DNA from: Paraphysomonas bandaiensis
Taxonomy: Eukaryota > Protista > Chrysophyceae
Length of the DNA: 64,000 nucleotides
Assembly (NCBI GenBank): GCA_965644295.1
Contig: CBFFRP010000430.1
Span: 124,001 to 188,000, forward strand
Reading direction: 5' to 3'
Shown here: positions 51,323 through 64,000 of the stretch, one piece after another
How the letters are laid out: the number at the start of each line of letters is the position of its first letter
Position numbering within the stretch: the stretch's first letter is position 1
Notes under the pieces: generated by a model
What the model saw: the letters and a program-made list of their open reading frames with translations, nothing else
The model's database searches: none
What the model was told of the DNA's origin: nothing
Program-made: the position numbers and the translations under genes

Positions 51323-51667
51323 TCAGTCGGATCTGCACCACACACCAAACTCCAACGGAGAAGGCTGTGTCGTTTCAGACGTTGACATATGTGAAAGAAG
51401 GACTGATAGGTCTTTAGTAGTAAATGCTGGCCTTCCGTTATGGGCGAACATAGTGCGCTCCTCAACAGATGACATTTTATTTCCGCTGTCACTGTCCTTT
51501 TCAAATTCATCCAGTTCATCTTCCAAAATATCGATAGGGAAGTCAGATATTAACATATTTTCGCCTGTAGCAGCATTGCATGATTTCGACTTACGAACAT
51601 TTGGTGCAACATTATCGCTCTTGTCACACAAGTTTGAAAGATCAGCAAAAGAGAGTGATCTCTTCAT
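51323..51667 (-). CDS. Hypothetical 114-aa acidic/disordered protein
   Basis: ATG-initiated ORF (MKRSLSFADLS..) with plausible composition; no domain recognised. Confidence 0.5.
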   Translation of the reverse strand: MKRSLSFADLSNLCDKSDNVAPNVRKSKSCNAATGENMLISDFPIDILEDELDEFEKDSDSGNKMSSVEERTMFAHNGRPAFTTKDLSVLLSHMSTSETTQPSPLEFGVWCRSD

Positions 51668-52242
51668 TCAATCAAAATCTTAAAAAGATAATCAATATGT
51701 ATATATTAAGGGCATCATCATAATGTCCTATGAATGTATGGCATTAATAGGAGCATAATTACAGGTAGACATAAAATAAACTATCTGACGTTGTCGTCTT
51801 ATATACTACACTTCAATATTGAATTGAATATATTATAACTTCAAGTCATTTTTTTGTTTTATAGAAATTCGATGAATGGGTGGAAAGGCTTTTTTTTACC
51901 CTTGTTATGGGTAGAGAAGGGTTCGGTAGTATGAGAGTAACGAGGATTTCATATATAAGAGGGGTTTTTAGAGAATATGAGATGGGAAACCTGTACAGGG
52001 TTGCGGGGATGTCCTGGGTGTGTATTTTCGTTAAGTAGATTACGGATATATCTATCCGTATATTACGGATCGTACTACATACGTCATAAAACAGGAATAT
52101 ACGGATAGGGTTGTCTCGCGGACTGAATTAAGAAAAGATAAACTGAAAATAAAATATCTTGAAGAGCTACTAACACTTTCATGTACATTATTTGAGTGTC
52201 CTCTGTACTACTGTACATACACATACAGTCCATATGTACAGC

Positions 52243-52297
52243 ATGTATGTATGTATGTATGTATGTATGTATGTATGTATGTATGTATGTATGTATA
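52243..52297 (+). repeat. (TATG)n microsatellite abutting the foldback element
   Basis: About 13 perfect units. Confidence 0.95.
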
Positions 52298-55291
52298 CCG
52301 ACAACAGCATCGGAGGGGCAGCACCCACATCGGAGGGGCAACATCCGTAGTCCCGTTTTTGTGTTCTGTACGTGAATATTAGTATGATCGAATGGGGATG
52401 GCGGGCTCTTCATATCTACACACCACATCCAAATAAGCATATCTTCATATTTAAACTATTCGGAATGTACTGTTGTGTTGTTGTGCCCACTGTAGAAACT
52501 TAATTTTATCGATTTTATGCTGTAATGATGCAGGAAAACCACCCAAATAATGACCACAGTGGGGATCACACAATCCCATTATCATGAAGTGCTCGTGACA
52601 ATCATACATCCCTACTAGATGAAGACTGTCCCCTGGATGATTTGTCATTAGATATCTTTTGAAGGAGCTTCAGAAAGAGCTATCAGCGGATGATGCATAC
52701 GACGAAAAGTGTTTACATGAAGCTCTTCTGCAGCAGTGCAGGGCAACTATGAAAGGAAGGATATATGCAAAGATATCCAAAGAGAATGGGGAAATGGAGG
52801 GAGAAACAAAACTAGGAGACAAGATTTGAAGATAGGTGGCATTGAATATATATCATTATGCTTTATCATGAAGACTTTAAAGCGAACTAGAATTTAAGGA
52901 CATACATACTTCCCTTGCAGTAAGTTGTAAGACGAAGTTGTTTGTGAGTATGGATTTCATGATATATACAACTAATGTGGTGTACGTTGTAGATCGCCGT
53001 AATGATATTGCTTTTTGGTCAATAGTACATACTTAAATCATCGTATGCCTTATTTGCATAAACCATTTGATGTAACCTAAAACTGTAATGATGTATGTTA
53101 TACTTTCCGTGTAGTAAGCTATTTATGCATGTATATTGCATGATGTAACAAATGTAATGTATGCTGTAGGCCGCTGCAATGATATTCGAATTTGTTTTTG
53201 TTAATTGCACATACTCAAACCTTCGTATGTCACAACTATTTGTCTAACGTTATCTCGCAGCAACAATTTCTAGCGAGCGTGTGCAAGCAGGCTAGGGACT
53301 ATTTATTATAGTTTACAGACAATCGTTTCAATGTACTCATGCTAAGGTATAGCAAGTAGCTATGTAACGCTTGTAAAATGTTTATATGTGCGCGAATAAT
53401 AAGACGAAAAACGGTTATACTGCTTGCTGCCTGGCCTCGTAAGCAATCTGTTTCGTGCAGGTACATGGAATTTTTTTCATACTATTCCTGGGCAATTTAT
53501 TTCATACATCGTTTAGATGTTTCAAAAGTTGTTTCAATTCAGATACTTTTAAAAAAGGTTAGTACGTTTCTACTTAATACACTTTTTAAACAAAACATGG
53601 TTCAGCTAGAATACTTCTCATTTGTTCATCCAAAACATGTTAAAACTAAAATATTTTTCAAACAAGACATGTTACAACTAAAACACTTTTCAAACAAGAC
53701 ATGTTACAGCTGAAACACTTTTCAAACAAAACATGTTTCAACTAATATACTTCAAAAACGTTTAACTCAGATACTCTTCAACGATGATATGTTTCAAGGA
53801 AAACAAGAGCTTCAGCTAATTCTCCAGCGACTGCTTCAAACTTCTGTCTTATTGCTTCAGCTCCTACTCTTTTCTTGGTCACTTTCTCAGCCTTATACTG
53901 CTCTGGAGATAAGGAATTAAACCTGTCCTTCTCTGATTACCTTCCCAACAGAGCCTAAGCCGCCTTCGCATGTTTCGCCAAAGCTGCGGCATTATTTCTT
54001 TCTTCTCACCCCTCCTCCTTGCAAAATTTCTCCACTATATCAGGGTCTTAACAAGCCTTTTCCTACTTGTACCTAGACACAGTTTGGCAGGTAGTAAATA
54101 TTTTAGACTTTAAAATTTAGACAAATGACGTACAGGGGTGAGGTTGTCCCGTTTTATAATAGTGTTAGATGCAACGGCTCTTCGTCTTATTATTCGCGCA
54201 CATATAAACATTTTACAAGCGTTACATAGCTACTTGCTATACCTTAGCATGAGTACATTGAAACGATTGTCTGTAAACTATAATAAATAGTCCCTAGCTT
54301 GCTTGCACACGCTCGCTAGAAATTGTTGCTGCGAGATAACGTTAGACAAATAGTTGTGACATACGAAGGTTTGAGTATGTGCAATTAACAAAAACAAATT
54401 CGAATATCATTGCAGCGGCCTACAGCATACATTACATTTGTTACATCATGCAATATACATGCATAAATAGCTTACTACACGGAAAGTATAACATACATCA
54501 TTACAGTTTTAGGTTACATCAAATGGTTTATGCAAATAAGGCATACGATGATTTAAGTATGTACTATTGACCGAAATGCAATATCATTACGGCGATCTAC
54601 AACGTACACCACATTAGTTGTATATATCATGAAATCCATACTCACAAACAACTTCGTCTTACAACTTACTGCAAGGGAAGTATGTATGTCCTTAAATTCT
54701 AGTTCGCTTTAAAGTCTTCATGATAAAGCATAATGATATATATTCAATGCCACCTATCTTCAAATCTTGTCTCCTAGTTTTGTTTCTCCCTCCATTTCCC
54801 CATTCTCTTTGGATATCTTTGCATATATCCTTCCTTTCATAGTTGCCCTGCACTGCTGCAGAAGAGCTTCATGTAAACACTTTTCGTCGTATGCATCATC
54901 CGCTGATAGCTCTTTCTGAAGCTCCTTCAAAAGATATCTAATGACAAATCATCCAGGGGACAGTCTTCATCTAGTAGGGATGTATGATTGTCACGAGCAC
55001 TTCATGATAATGGGATTGTGTGATCCCCACTGTGGTCATTATTTGGGTGGTTTTCCTGCATCATTACAGCATAAAATCGATAAAATTAAGTTTCTACAGT
55101 GGGCACAACAACACAACAGTACATTCCGAATAGTTTTAATATGAAGATATGCTTATTTGGATGTGGTGTGTAGATATGAAGAGCCCGCCATCCCCATTCG
55201 ATCATACTAATATTCACGTACAGAACACAAAAACGGGACTACGGATGTTGCCCCTCCGATGTGGGTGCTGCCCCTCCGATGCTGTTGTCGG
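52298..55291. mobile_element. Foldback-type non-autonomous DNA element with ~1.11-kb terminal inverted repeats
   Basis: 52298-53408 is the reverse complement of 54181-55291, with only ~4 mismatches seen. Ends CCGACAACAG..CTGTTGTCGG are flanked by TATA on both sides, with a subterminal direct repeat CATCGGAGGGGCA x2. Confidence 0.8.
53510..53800 (+). repeat. Degenerate 32-bp tandem repeat in the foldback spacer
   Basis: AAACACTTTTCAAACAAGACATGTTACAACTA-like units, e.g. at 53681 and 53713. Confidence 0.8.
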
Positions 55292-55463
55292 TATACAGCA
55301 GTATGTATATTCAATATTTTAAATATGAAGAGTCACATATACATACATACACACATATATACACACATCGATCTCATCATTCTCAATTATCTATCACATC
55401 AATCACACCCCACAATCTCAAAGATAATTTACCACTCACTCCCATCTCTTCCCCCCCTCTATC

Positions 55464-58400
55464 ATGTCTCCTTGGGACATATCTACACTCAAATCACAGG
55501 GATATCGTACAGGCTCCATTATACGTGTACATATGCATAATTTTATTAATTATGATGATGCAGAAGTCTTTCCTGGTCCTCATTTGAATGTCGTTTTAGG
55601 TCCTAATGGGACAGGGAAGAGCGCATTGACACATTGCATATGTTTAGCATGTGGTGGATCCCCAAAATCAATTGGCCGATCTGATGATATGACAACATTC
55701 GTTAAAAATGGTAAAGAAGGAGAAATAACATTTTGTGAAGTTGATATATTAAAACATGATTCGGTTGTAACTGTAAGACGAATAATTAATTCTGAGACAC
55801 AAGGAAGTAAATGGATGGTAGATGGGAAATCTTCTACCCAGAAAGAGGTCAAGAAGATGATGGCGGCATTGAACATTGATGTTGACAACTTGTGTTCATT
55901 CATGCCCCAGGATAGGGTTGGAACTTTCACACGACAGTCTGCACGGGAGATTCTGCAGCGTACTTTAGAGTGTATCAAAACTACTGGTGAGAAAAGCCTT
56001 CGAGAACAGCAGCTTGAGCTATCTGCAGAACAGCTCAGTAGCAGGGACCGAGAGCTAATGGTGGACTCTCAACAAGACCTGGTGAATAAAATACGCGTTG
56101 AGTTGAGCACTATGCAGTCGGAGGTGGATCGAATTCAGCAGCGTGCAGCTATGGAAGAGAAACTCAAGATGTTCGAAGTCCAAATTGCTGTAGTTGATAT
56201 TAAGAATGCCAATGCTGCAAAAGCATCACGACAGGTGCGTTTTAAAATGCATGCTATCTGTGTTTATATTTCTGGTTGTTTCTAGGAAAAAGTGGATGAC
56301 GCTGTGCGAAATTTAGCCACGGCGTCAGAAAAATTACAGCCACTAGAGGTATGTACCAAGTCATCACTTAATAAATATACGTTTTCATATGCCACTAGCA
56401 TCGCGTCAGAGAACTACAGAAAAAGCATAGCGCTTACGAGCGCACTGTAAGAGCGAGCACTGATAAGAAAATTCGTGCGGACGATGCGCTGGAAAGTGCA
56501 AGGAGCAATTTAAATGAGCGTGACTTAAAGGTGGAAACGGAGAAGACTGCTGTGGACGCATTGGCACGCAACATGGCAGGATTGGAAAACGAGCTTGCTA
56601 ACGCTGACAGAGTCATAGCGAAAGTGGAGGAAGAGTATCAGGTGGCGCATGCTCGTCTTCCTGAACTAAAGGAGCGAATGAGTAAATTGAGTGAGGAGCT
56701 CACTGATGCCACAAGGCATCAGCATGCTGCGCATCAGCGCGTTGACGAGCTGCAGTTTGCCCTGCGTGCCCCTTCAGATGCCATTCAATCTGCTGAGCAC
56801 GAACTCAATAGCCTAAAGGATTTCAGACAAGTGTTTTGCTCCAAGCTTACGGGTAGAGATAGGGACGTGTTGAGGGCAAAGGAGTGGCTAGAAAACAATA
56901 GGGGTCTGTTGCGAGGAGAGTGTTACGGCCCAGTAGGCATGGAGATCCAGGTCAAGGACGATGTTGGAGCACACATTCTCGAGAAATGTGTACCCAGGTC
57001 GAAGCTACTCTCCTTCGTCGTGGAAACAGAAGAAGATGAACAATTACTTAATAGAGAGCTAAGGGATCGACAGAGACTTTCCATCAATATCGTCACAATA
57101 GCTCACAAAGACAATTTTAGATCGCCCTATGGCGACGATTTCATGTTGAAAGGTCGTCAGTGGGGACTACAGGGACACATTGGCGACCTGTACGTAATGC
57201 CTGACCTGGTGCGTCTTCTATTTAACAACTTCAACCGACTACACTGTGGATTGTGGGCGGTATGTCCTCCGGCCTCTATATCACCTGAAACCATGCGTAG
57301 CTTGTGTCCCCCGCACCAGAGTTTCTTCCGCTTGTACGTTGTTGATAAAGATCCCTCGGGCCATATTCGAGAGATTGTTGAACTACGTGGGAGTACAAGT
57401 CGGTATGATCGCGATGGCACCCCGTCAACAGTTATTCAGCCTGTGAATCCTGCACGCTTGATATCTAGCGGTACTGGGGGAGAGGTGGAGGACAAGCGTA
57501 AAACTTTGCAACATGAGATTGAGACCGCGCGAAACAGAGTTAAAGATATCAATGTCGAAATTTCAGTCGCGAAGCGGGAGACGCATGAGTTAGGAAATGC
57601 AGTGACGCGGCTTAGGAGTGGACTCAGTGAGTGTAAGGCGGCCATGTCTGTCCCAGAAAATATACGGCGTAAATTGGAAAGCGAGAAGCGAAAGCGTGCC
57701 GCGGTGGTACGACGACTGGAGGGAGGAGCCGAAAGAGAGAAGCGTCTCGCAGTAGATCGTCTAGGATGTGCTGTGGACTCGTTCTTAGATGCCGTTGGGG
57801 ATCTTCACAGAGAGGCGAATGCATGTATTGATGCGACTATAGCAAAAGTTCACGCCTCGTGGTCAGGAAGGGAGATTAAAGTGGAGCTGAACGAGGCACT
57901 AGCAACTCTTGAAGATGCGAAGAAAGACCTCCAAGAACTGCAGGCAACAGTAAGACAGTTAGAACGAGAAAGGGATCAAGCCAACAGAGAAAATGCTGCC
58001 GCTGAAGACCGCTTTAATAAATTGCAGGAGGAGCTAGGAGGAGCTACAGTTGTTGATAGGCTCTTCAAAAAGTTCACGGCGGAGATTGAAGGGGGGAATG
58101 CTCTCACAAAAATTGATTTGGTGCGGCATATGAATGAGCTCAAGGGTCAGCTGGAAGCAACAGTGGACAATCCGCAACTTATTCAGCGATACAAGGACAC
58201 CACTGAGCGCCTTAAGGTTGAGGATTTGAAGTTATTGGAATTGACAAGGGAGTTCAATGTGGCGAAAGATACTCTAGCTTCACGGGTGGAAGACTGGGAA
58301 GTCGCTGTTGATTCTATCGCCGCTAAGTTATCGAAATCGTTTGAGGAGTACATGCGCGAACTGCAGTATAGCGGCAATATTGAGCTGGTAAAGTGCGGTT

Positions 58401-58974
58401 CTCTTAATGACTACGAAATGCAGATGCGTGTTTCTTTCCGTGATACTATGGCCTTGCAAAAGCTGTCAGGACAAAGCCACTCGGGTGGGGAACGAGCAGT
58501 ATCCACAGTAATGTACCTCATGGCTCTTCAGAGACTTACAAGTTCACCATTCAGAGTGGTCGACGAGATTAATCAGGTGATTTATTAGAAATATATTTAT
58601 GGTCTACTAAACCGCTATTGTAGGGGATGGATGTCCGAAATGAGCGGTTAGTTTTTGATCGTATTGTGCGATCTTGCTGCACGAGCCCCTCTTCGGGGGG
58701 TGGGCTTGAAGACCTGTCGTCTACCTCATCAAGACGCACTGCCACGCCAACTGTGCAATATTTTTTAATCTCACCGAAACTTCTGGAAGGGTTAAAAGCG
58801 ATGGATAACCCTGATGTTACGGTTTTGCTAGTGTGGAACGGTCCAGGTGTTTTATCCAAATGGCAACTTCCCACAGTAACGGCCGCCCTACGCAAGCGGA
58901 AGGCCGAACTAATGGCTGCGAGCAATACCACAGCAAATGGGAGCGTCAACTCGAAGCGTACTAAACAACGTTAG
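55464..58974 (+). CDS. SMC5: Structural maintenance of chromosomes protein 5
   Basis: Walker A GPNGTGKS, NLCSFMPQDRV Q-loop, coiled coils and hinge, signature HSGGERAVST, PFRVVDEINQ|GMD..NER, QYFLISPKLL. Introns at ~56234-56285, 56349-56398 and 58576-58623. Confidence 0.93.
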
Positions 58975-59484
58975 TAAATCATGGCCAATCAATGATCCCC
59001 ATCATTACGTAGTTTGAATTTGCTCGTTATTCCCAAGTGTTTTATAGTGTTTTCGTGCGCAGTTGTTAGGAAATATAGATAGTATTGCGATTTCATAAAT
59101 ATCTCAAATGTGGTATTTCATAAATAATAAATTGTTTTTTCAATAATTACTACTAGACTATGTTGTTAAGACATCTCCTATTAAAGTGCAACATTCACTC
59201 TAAATATATAACAATGCAAATACACTTTTCCGATATAGCTGCAACGAAACGACCACATACCGTTCTGCTTTTGCTTGCTTAATCCTTTACAACATGACTT
59301 TTACTTGGACGTGTGTGCCTAACGCTTCTTTTCAGCACATTAAACTCCTCACGAACATAAAATATTTACCATTTTTATAAAGACGCACCTTACATATCAA
59401 CAATTTAATTATCCACTTCCTAATCACTACACATTACATAGGTTACAATACATTGAGTATGGCTTTTAATATAATATTTCTTAA

Positions 59485-60690
59485 TTAAGAAGAGCAACTT
59501 GTGCCTGCCCAATCTACTTGTGCTATCACAAACAACTTGCCGTCCGTGTCTTCGTTACATGTCTTTTGTATGTGCGAATGATCTTCAAAATGATTTTCAC
59601 AGCAGCGGGTGATCCTAATCTTAAGAACCCTCAACAAAGTTGGACTCGCACCCTTTCGTGGTGTTCTGGGGGATAAGTATCGGAGATATTACTAATGAAA
59701 ACTAACGTGAGCCGCATATTATATTATACTCAGCAGAGATTGTTCTGTCTACTCATAGCCTAATGCTTGCGTGGTACAAGGGACACTAAAATAAGTGTCA
59801 CTTGTGTAGACGTATTTTTGGCCTTGACAAATAAATAGCATCCGGGAGTGAGACCACCTCAAGGACAGAGAGAAATAGTTGTTGCACCTTGGTACTTGCG
59901 GTGAAGCACAAGCAGCTTTCGTAACGTTATATATATATAGTAGGATATCAGATTTAAGCATTAGTAATTTCTATTGTTTTGCTATATTAGTTCTGACTTT
60001 TAGACGCCTATTGCTAATAATCAGACGTTCACTACTCCGAAAGGAGAGAGTAGAATAGCTCTAGCTTCAGGTCCTCCCATAGTTATATAAAAGAGTGGTC
60101 TCACTGGTGCAACTTTTCAATCACTAACGCATGATGGGGCAAACTTCTATCAAAATCTGTTACAATTTCAAGCTGATTCCAACATATTCCCCCCACATAT
60201 GTGCACTCGTCTAGAGCACAGGCATCCACCATACATCGCTCTTCAGAGTAACTTATGTAAGAAGCTGTGCATCTTCTCTCTGCTCGGATGGAAACATATT
60301 AATAAGCAAGAAGAATTATAAAAGCATAAATTTACGGCTGACTCTGCTTGAAAACACAGTGACAAAGCCTTGTTATACTCTTTAGACACAGTAGACGTAT
60401 GGGAAAACATAACAGGTCTAACCACATTACCATATTATATATCAGTTCATTCATGATAACAATTTGATGCATTACCTTTTGGCCATTAACCACACAAGTG
60501 CCGTATAAAATAAACTAATGTTTGATGTCAATGACTCAAAAAAGCAAACTCAGCGAGCAAACAGAATGTTGATTATATACCTGATATCTGCTGATTTCAA
60601 AAATTTAAGTCCTTGAGGTGTGAACTCATCTCGTATGCTTGAAATCAGCAGGCATCCCAAAAACCCCGGTTAAGTACCATTCAGATGGAC
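59485..60690 (-). mobile_element. Older family L copy interrupted by a family S copy (59625-60035, + strand)
   Basis: 59485-59610 and 60040-60690 are colinear with 43640-44590. The intervening block matches family S. Confidence 0.6.
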
Positions 60691-61832
60691 CAAAAGATGC
60701 TCGCCCAATAGTGCCCCTTATTCAAGACGACAGTTGCACGGTTTCCCACTAGCGAAAGTCACTCGGGAGAAGAGTGCAAGGTGAATGCATGTGCTGGATG
60801 AGTGCGCATATTGGAGGAAAGACATTGGAGCCAGCTTAAATTTGCAACAGATTTTGGCAGACATCTATTTCATGCGTCAGCGTGCGAAATTGCACCAGTG
60901 AGACCGCTTCGTGACCGTGGGAGGACCCGGCGCTGGAGCTACTCTACTCTCCTCTCCAGACTACCTGCTGCTGTGAACACCACCTTGAAGAAAGCCCTAA
61001 AGATCTGCCGCATATACAGGAGACATATTATGCCGAAAACACCGACCTCAAGATGTTAGGACAAGTAGATTGGGCAGGAGCGTATGATCCGGCTTAAACA
61101 CACAACTCGTTGTGTGCCCATGTAGCTAACAAAGTCGTGTTGTATAGTTGAGAGCTTGTCGGTGCATGAAATAGTATAACTAGAGTCCTGTTATGCTTAG
61201 TGTCGCGCGAATTGTTAGGTTGGTCGCGGCAACGCACAAGCTTGGGAAATATTATTCAACCTAGTCAAATTGGTTGAATTACCTAGTCACGCTATTTTTG
61301 GTGGAATAACCTAGTCAAAGTAATAAATGACTCAACCTAGTCAACTTTGGTATTCAACCTAGTCGTTCTTATATCCATTGATTACACACTGTGACTGTCT
61401 AAGATACCATCTCACACCACACAATATATTAGTGGCTTACAGAGCATCAAAACAAACACTCGAACATAACAATAAGCTCATATATACATATCTACATAAT
61501 ACAGATGTACGTGTATGTCTATCTAGCCTATCTGTAGCATGTATGCATATAGCGATGGTCCCTGTGAGTGTTATGGGGAGGAGGGTCCATGAAGCTGTGG
61601 GCATAACTCACTCTATGATCCGCAGGACATCTTGAGATCTTCATATGCTGGGAGTGATGGCGCTCACCTTCCTTCACTTCAGCACTGAATGAATGACTTC
61701 GATTGCTGCATTGGCTTTCAGGGGTGCATAAATCTCCCTATTTTTAGTCCAACGGAAAAAAAGGAGGTTTTCAGGGAACAAACTTCTAAAAGCAGCATCA
61801 TTGAAGTGGACTGTAGAGCAGCATCAGAACAT

Positions 61833-62584
61833 CAGCATCATGAGTGTGTCATCAGTCTTACAGCATCATGAGTGTGTCATCAGTCTTACAGCATCATCAT
61901 GAGTGTGTCATCAGAACATCAGCATCATGAGTGTGTCATCAGTCTTACAGCATCATGAGTGTGTCATCAGTCTTACAGTATCATGAGTGTGTCATCAGTC
62001 TTACAGCATCATGAGTGTGTCATCAGTCTTACAGCATCATGAGTGTGTCATCAGTCTTACAGCATCATGAGTGTGTCATCAGCCTTACAGCATCATGAGT
62101 GTGTCATCAGCCTTACAGTATCATGAGTGTGTCATCAGTCTTACAGCATCATGAGGAGGAGTGTGTCATCAGTCTTACAGCATCATGAGTGTGTCATCAG
62201 TCTTACAGTATCATGAGTGTGTCATCAGCCTTACAGCATCATGAGTGTGTCATCAGCCTTACAGTATCATGAGTGTGTCGTCAGTCTTACAGCATCATGA
62301 GTGTGTCATCAGTCTTACAGCATCATGAGTGTGTCATCAGCCTTACAGCATCATGAGTGTGTCATCAGTCTTACAGCATCATGAGTGTGTCATCAGCCTT
62401 ACAGCATCATGAGTGTGTCATCAGCCTTACAGTATCATGAGTGTGTCATCAGTCTTACGGCATCATGAGTGTGTCATCAGTCTTACAGCATCATGAGTGT
62501 GTCATCAGCCTTACAGCATCATGAGTGTGTCATCAGCCTTACAGTATCATGAGTGTGTCATCAGTCTTACAGCATCATGAGTGT
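61833..62584 (+). repeat. 28-bp tandem satellite (CAGCATCATGAGTGTGTCATCAGTCTTA), ~27 copies
   Basis: Direct inspection of the sequence. Confidence 0.97.
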
Positions 62585-63406
62585 AGAGGTTCATTGGTAA
62601 GTATAACGACTCATGGATTATTCATCATTAACAGCGAATAAATTTTTATAGGTACGTGAACTCAAAGAGGAACTTGTTCATTATTGATTATACGAGGGAG
62701 AACAGAATGTGCAAATCTTATATAGATATGTTTCATTCCGTCAAAAGGAAAGATCGACTTTCACTGGGGGAATGTAGGGAGAGGTGTAGTATTGTACTTA
62801 TGCGTCTGAATAGAGTACTAATCATTCTGTAACAGATTTCTCAGTATGTATGTTGTTCGAGAGGTTCCCTACAAAGTGAAGCGCAGAACCTGCACCTCTC
62901 TTGTTTGTAGCTGCCCTAGGTTTTGGGACAATGGTCGATACTGCCCCCACTCGCTAGCAGTACATCACTTGAGAGGTATGGGTAGTACATTTCTTTGTTA
63001 ATTATATTTCTTAATATTGCCACCAGGGGACATTGATGTGAAGCACATGTCCAGCTCGATCAGGCCTGCTAGGAAACGCAGCCGGCCTCGCAATGCAGCA
63101 AAAGCTTTAATCAATGATGAATCCATTGATGTCATGGCCCTCAAGCCAGGGAACTGGAAGAATACGTACGTTCGCCACCCCCAGTACCTGAATGGTATGT
63201 GCGTAGATTACCGCGTAGTGGCGAATCACAAGAATGAAAAACTCCTTCGATGGCAGTGTCGGTTCTCGGATGCCCCTGATGACATACTTCCATACCCTAA
63301 GATTGTTGGGTTCGATGCCCATGAAATGAAGGAGGCTGTCGAACTTCACCGGACTTGGTCACGAGAAACTGCGCATTTCTCGTTCGATTGCGAAGACGAA
63401 ATGTGA
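62585..63406 (+). pseudogene. 3' exons of MULE transposase (SWIM zinc finger and basic tail)
   Basis: Exons ..VEVHW|YVNSKRN..GECRER|FLSMYVVREV..LVCSCPRFWDNGRYCPHSLAVHHLR|GDIDVKH..RKRSRPR, joined by GT-AG introns. Confidence 0.75.
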
Positions 63407-64000
63407 TGCATTGCATGTGTACAATAGATGCATTTGTATTAATTGATGGCTAGAGTATGCTCCCATGTTTGAGTAGAAGTTATTATTTTTGACTAGGTGA
63501 ATACCTTAAAACACCTAGTCAACCTAGTCATTGTAAACTGAAAATATGAATTATTAAATGACTAGGTTTTTCACCTACTTGACTAGGTTTTTACACCAAT
63601 TTTGGTGTGACTAGGTAGTTCAACCATTTTGACTAGGTTGAATAATACATCCCCACAAGCTTGTGCTTCTTCATAATCAGATTTTCAATGATAAATAAAT
63701 AGGTTTGCTCGCGTAATGTGTACTTTACTGTTTCTTATCTGACAGCTACGATATATAAGAGCAAGAAGTCGCTTAAATACCTATATTTACTTTCACTACT
63801 CCTTATTCTTGATGCTCTGTGCACATTTATTTTGTCAACTTCTGTTATGTACTATATACGAGGAATAGCAGTTAGCAATTCTATTACTTGAGAAATTAAA
63901 ATACGATTACTTACCTGAGAAGTTGCTGGTTGCTAAGCTAAGAACTAAGTAAAAATATTTCATTGTTGTTATTATTGACTATAAACAACAGGATGAAGCT

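Larger units (their letters stand above)
61244..63653 (+). mobile_element. Internally deleted Mutator-like (MULE) DNA transposon
   Basis: 9-bp TSD CACAAGCTT (61235-61243, 63654-63662). TIRs GGGAAATATTATTCAACCTAGTCAAA / TTTGACTAGGTTGAATAATACATCCC with five ACCTAGTC subterminal motifs per end. Spliced 3' exons encode a SWIM finger. Confidence 0.9.
60735..63690 (+). mobile_element. Family L copy in inverted orientation, split by the MULE insertion
   Basis: 60735-61243 is the reverse complement of ~43660-44172 and resumes at 63663-63690 (GTGCTTCTTCATAATCAGATTTTCAAT). Confidence 0.75.

Noticed and set aside
52451-55144. Duplicated small genes MTNHPG.. and MQLTKT..
   Set aside because: By-products of the inverted arms; no coding evidence.
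61833-62584. CRISPR array or hammerhead ribozyme array (CTGATGA on the minus strand)
   Set aside because: No unique spacers or cas genes, and no GAAA half-core or supporting stems.

Overview
Eukaryotic, gene-dense, AT-rich protist DNA with short (~50-70 nt) GT-AG introns. The gene repertoire suggests a stramenopile, possibly chrysophyte-like (inference). About 14 host genes are present: a multi-pass membrane protein with a Reelin-like repeat (5' end outside the window), a secreted DUF6748-like protein, a mitochondrial carrier, an RCC1-BTB protein, a SAK-type HAD phosphatase, a PX/EDR2-C protein, a Cys-rich type I membrane protein, a Patched/NPC1-like SSD protein, a catalytically degenerate hybrid histidine kinase, a Myb-ankyrin-HDAC fusion, a KIX-HSF-ELM2 fusion, SMC5 and two hypotheticals. 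Mobile DNA is abundant: an intact young Ty1/copia element with non-TG..CA LTR ends, a deleted hAT element, a 3.0-kb foldback element with 1.1-kb near-perfect inverted arms just upstream of SMC5, a deleted MULE (9-bp TSD, SWIM exon) with a 28-bp satellite grown out of its own exon, and many fragments of a dispersed, probably LINE-derived repeat. All domain calls come from motif recognition by eye; no database searches were run.
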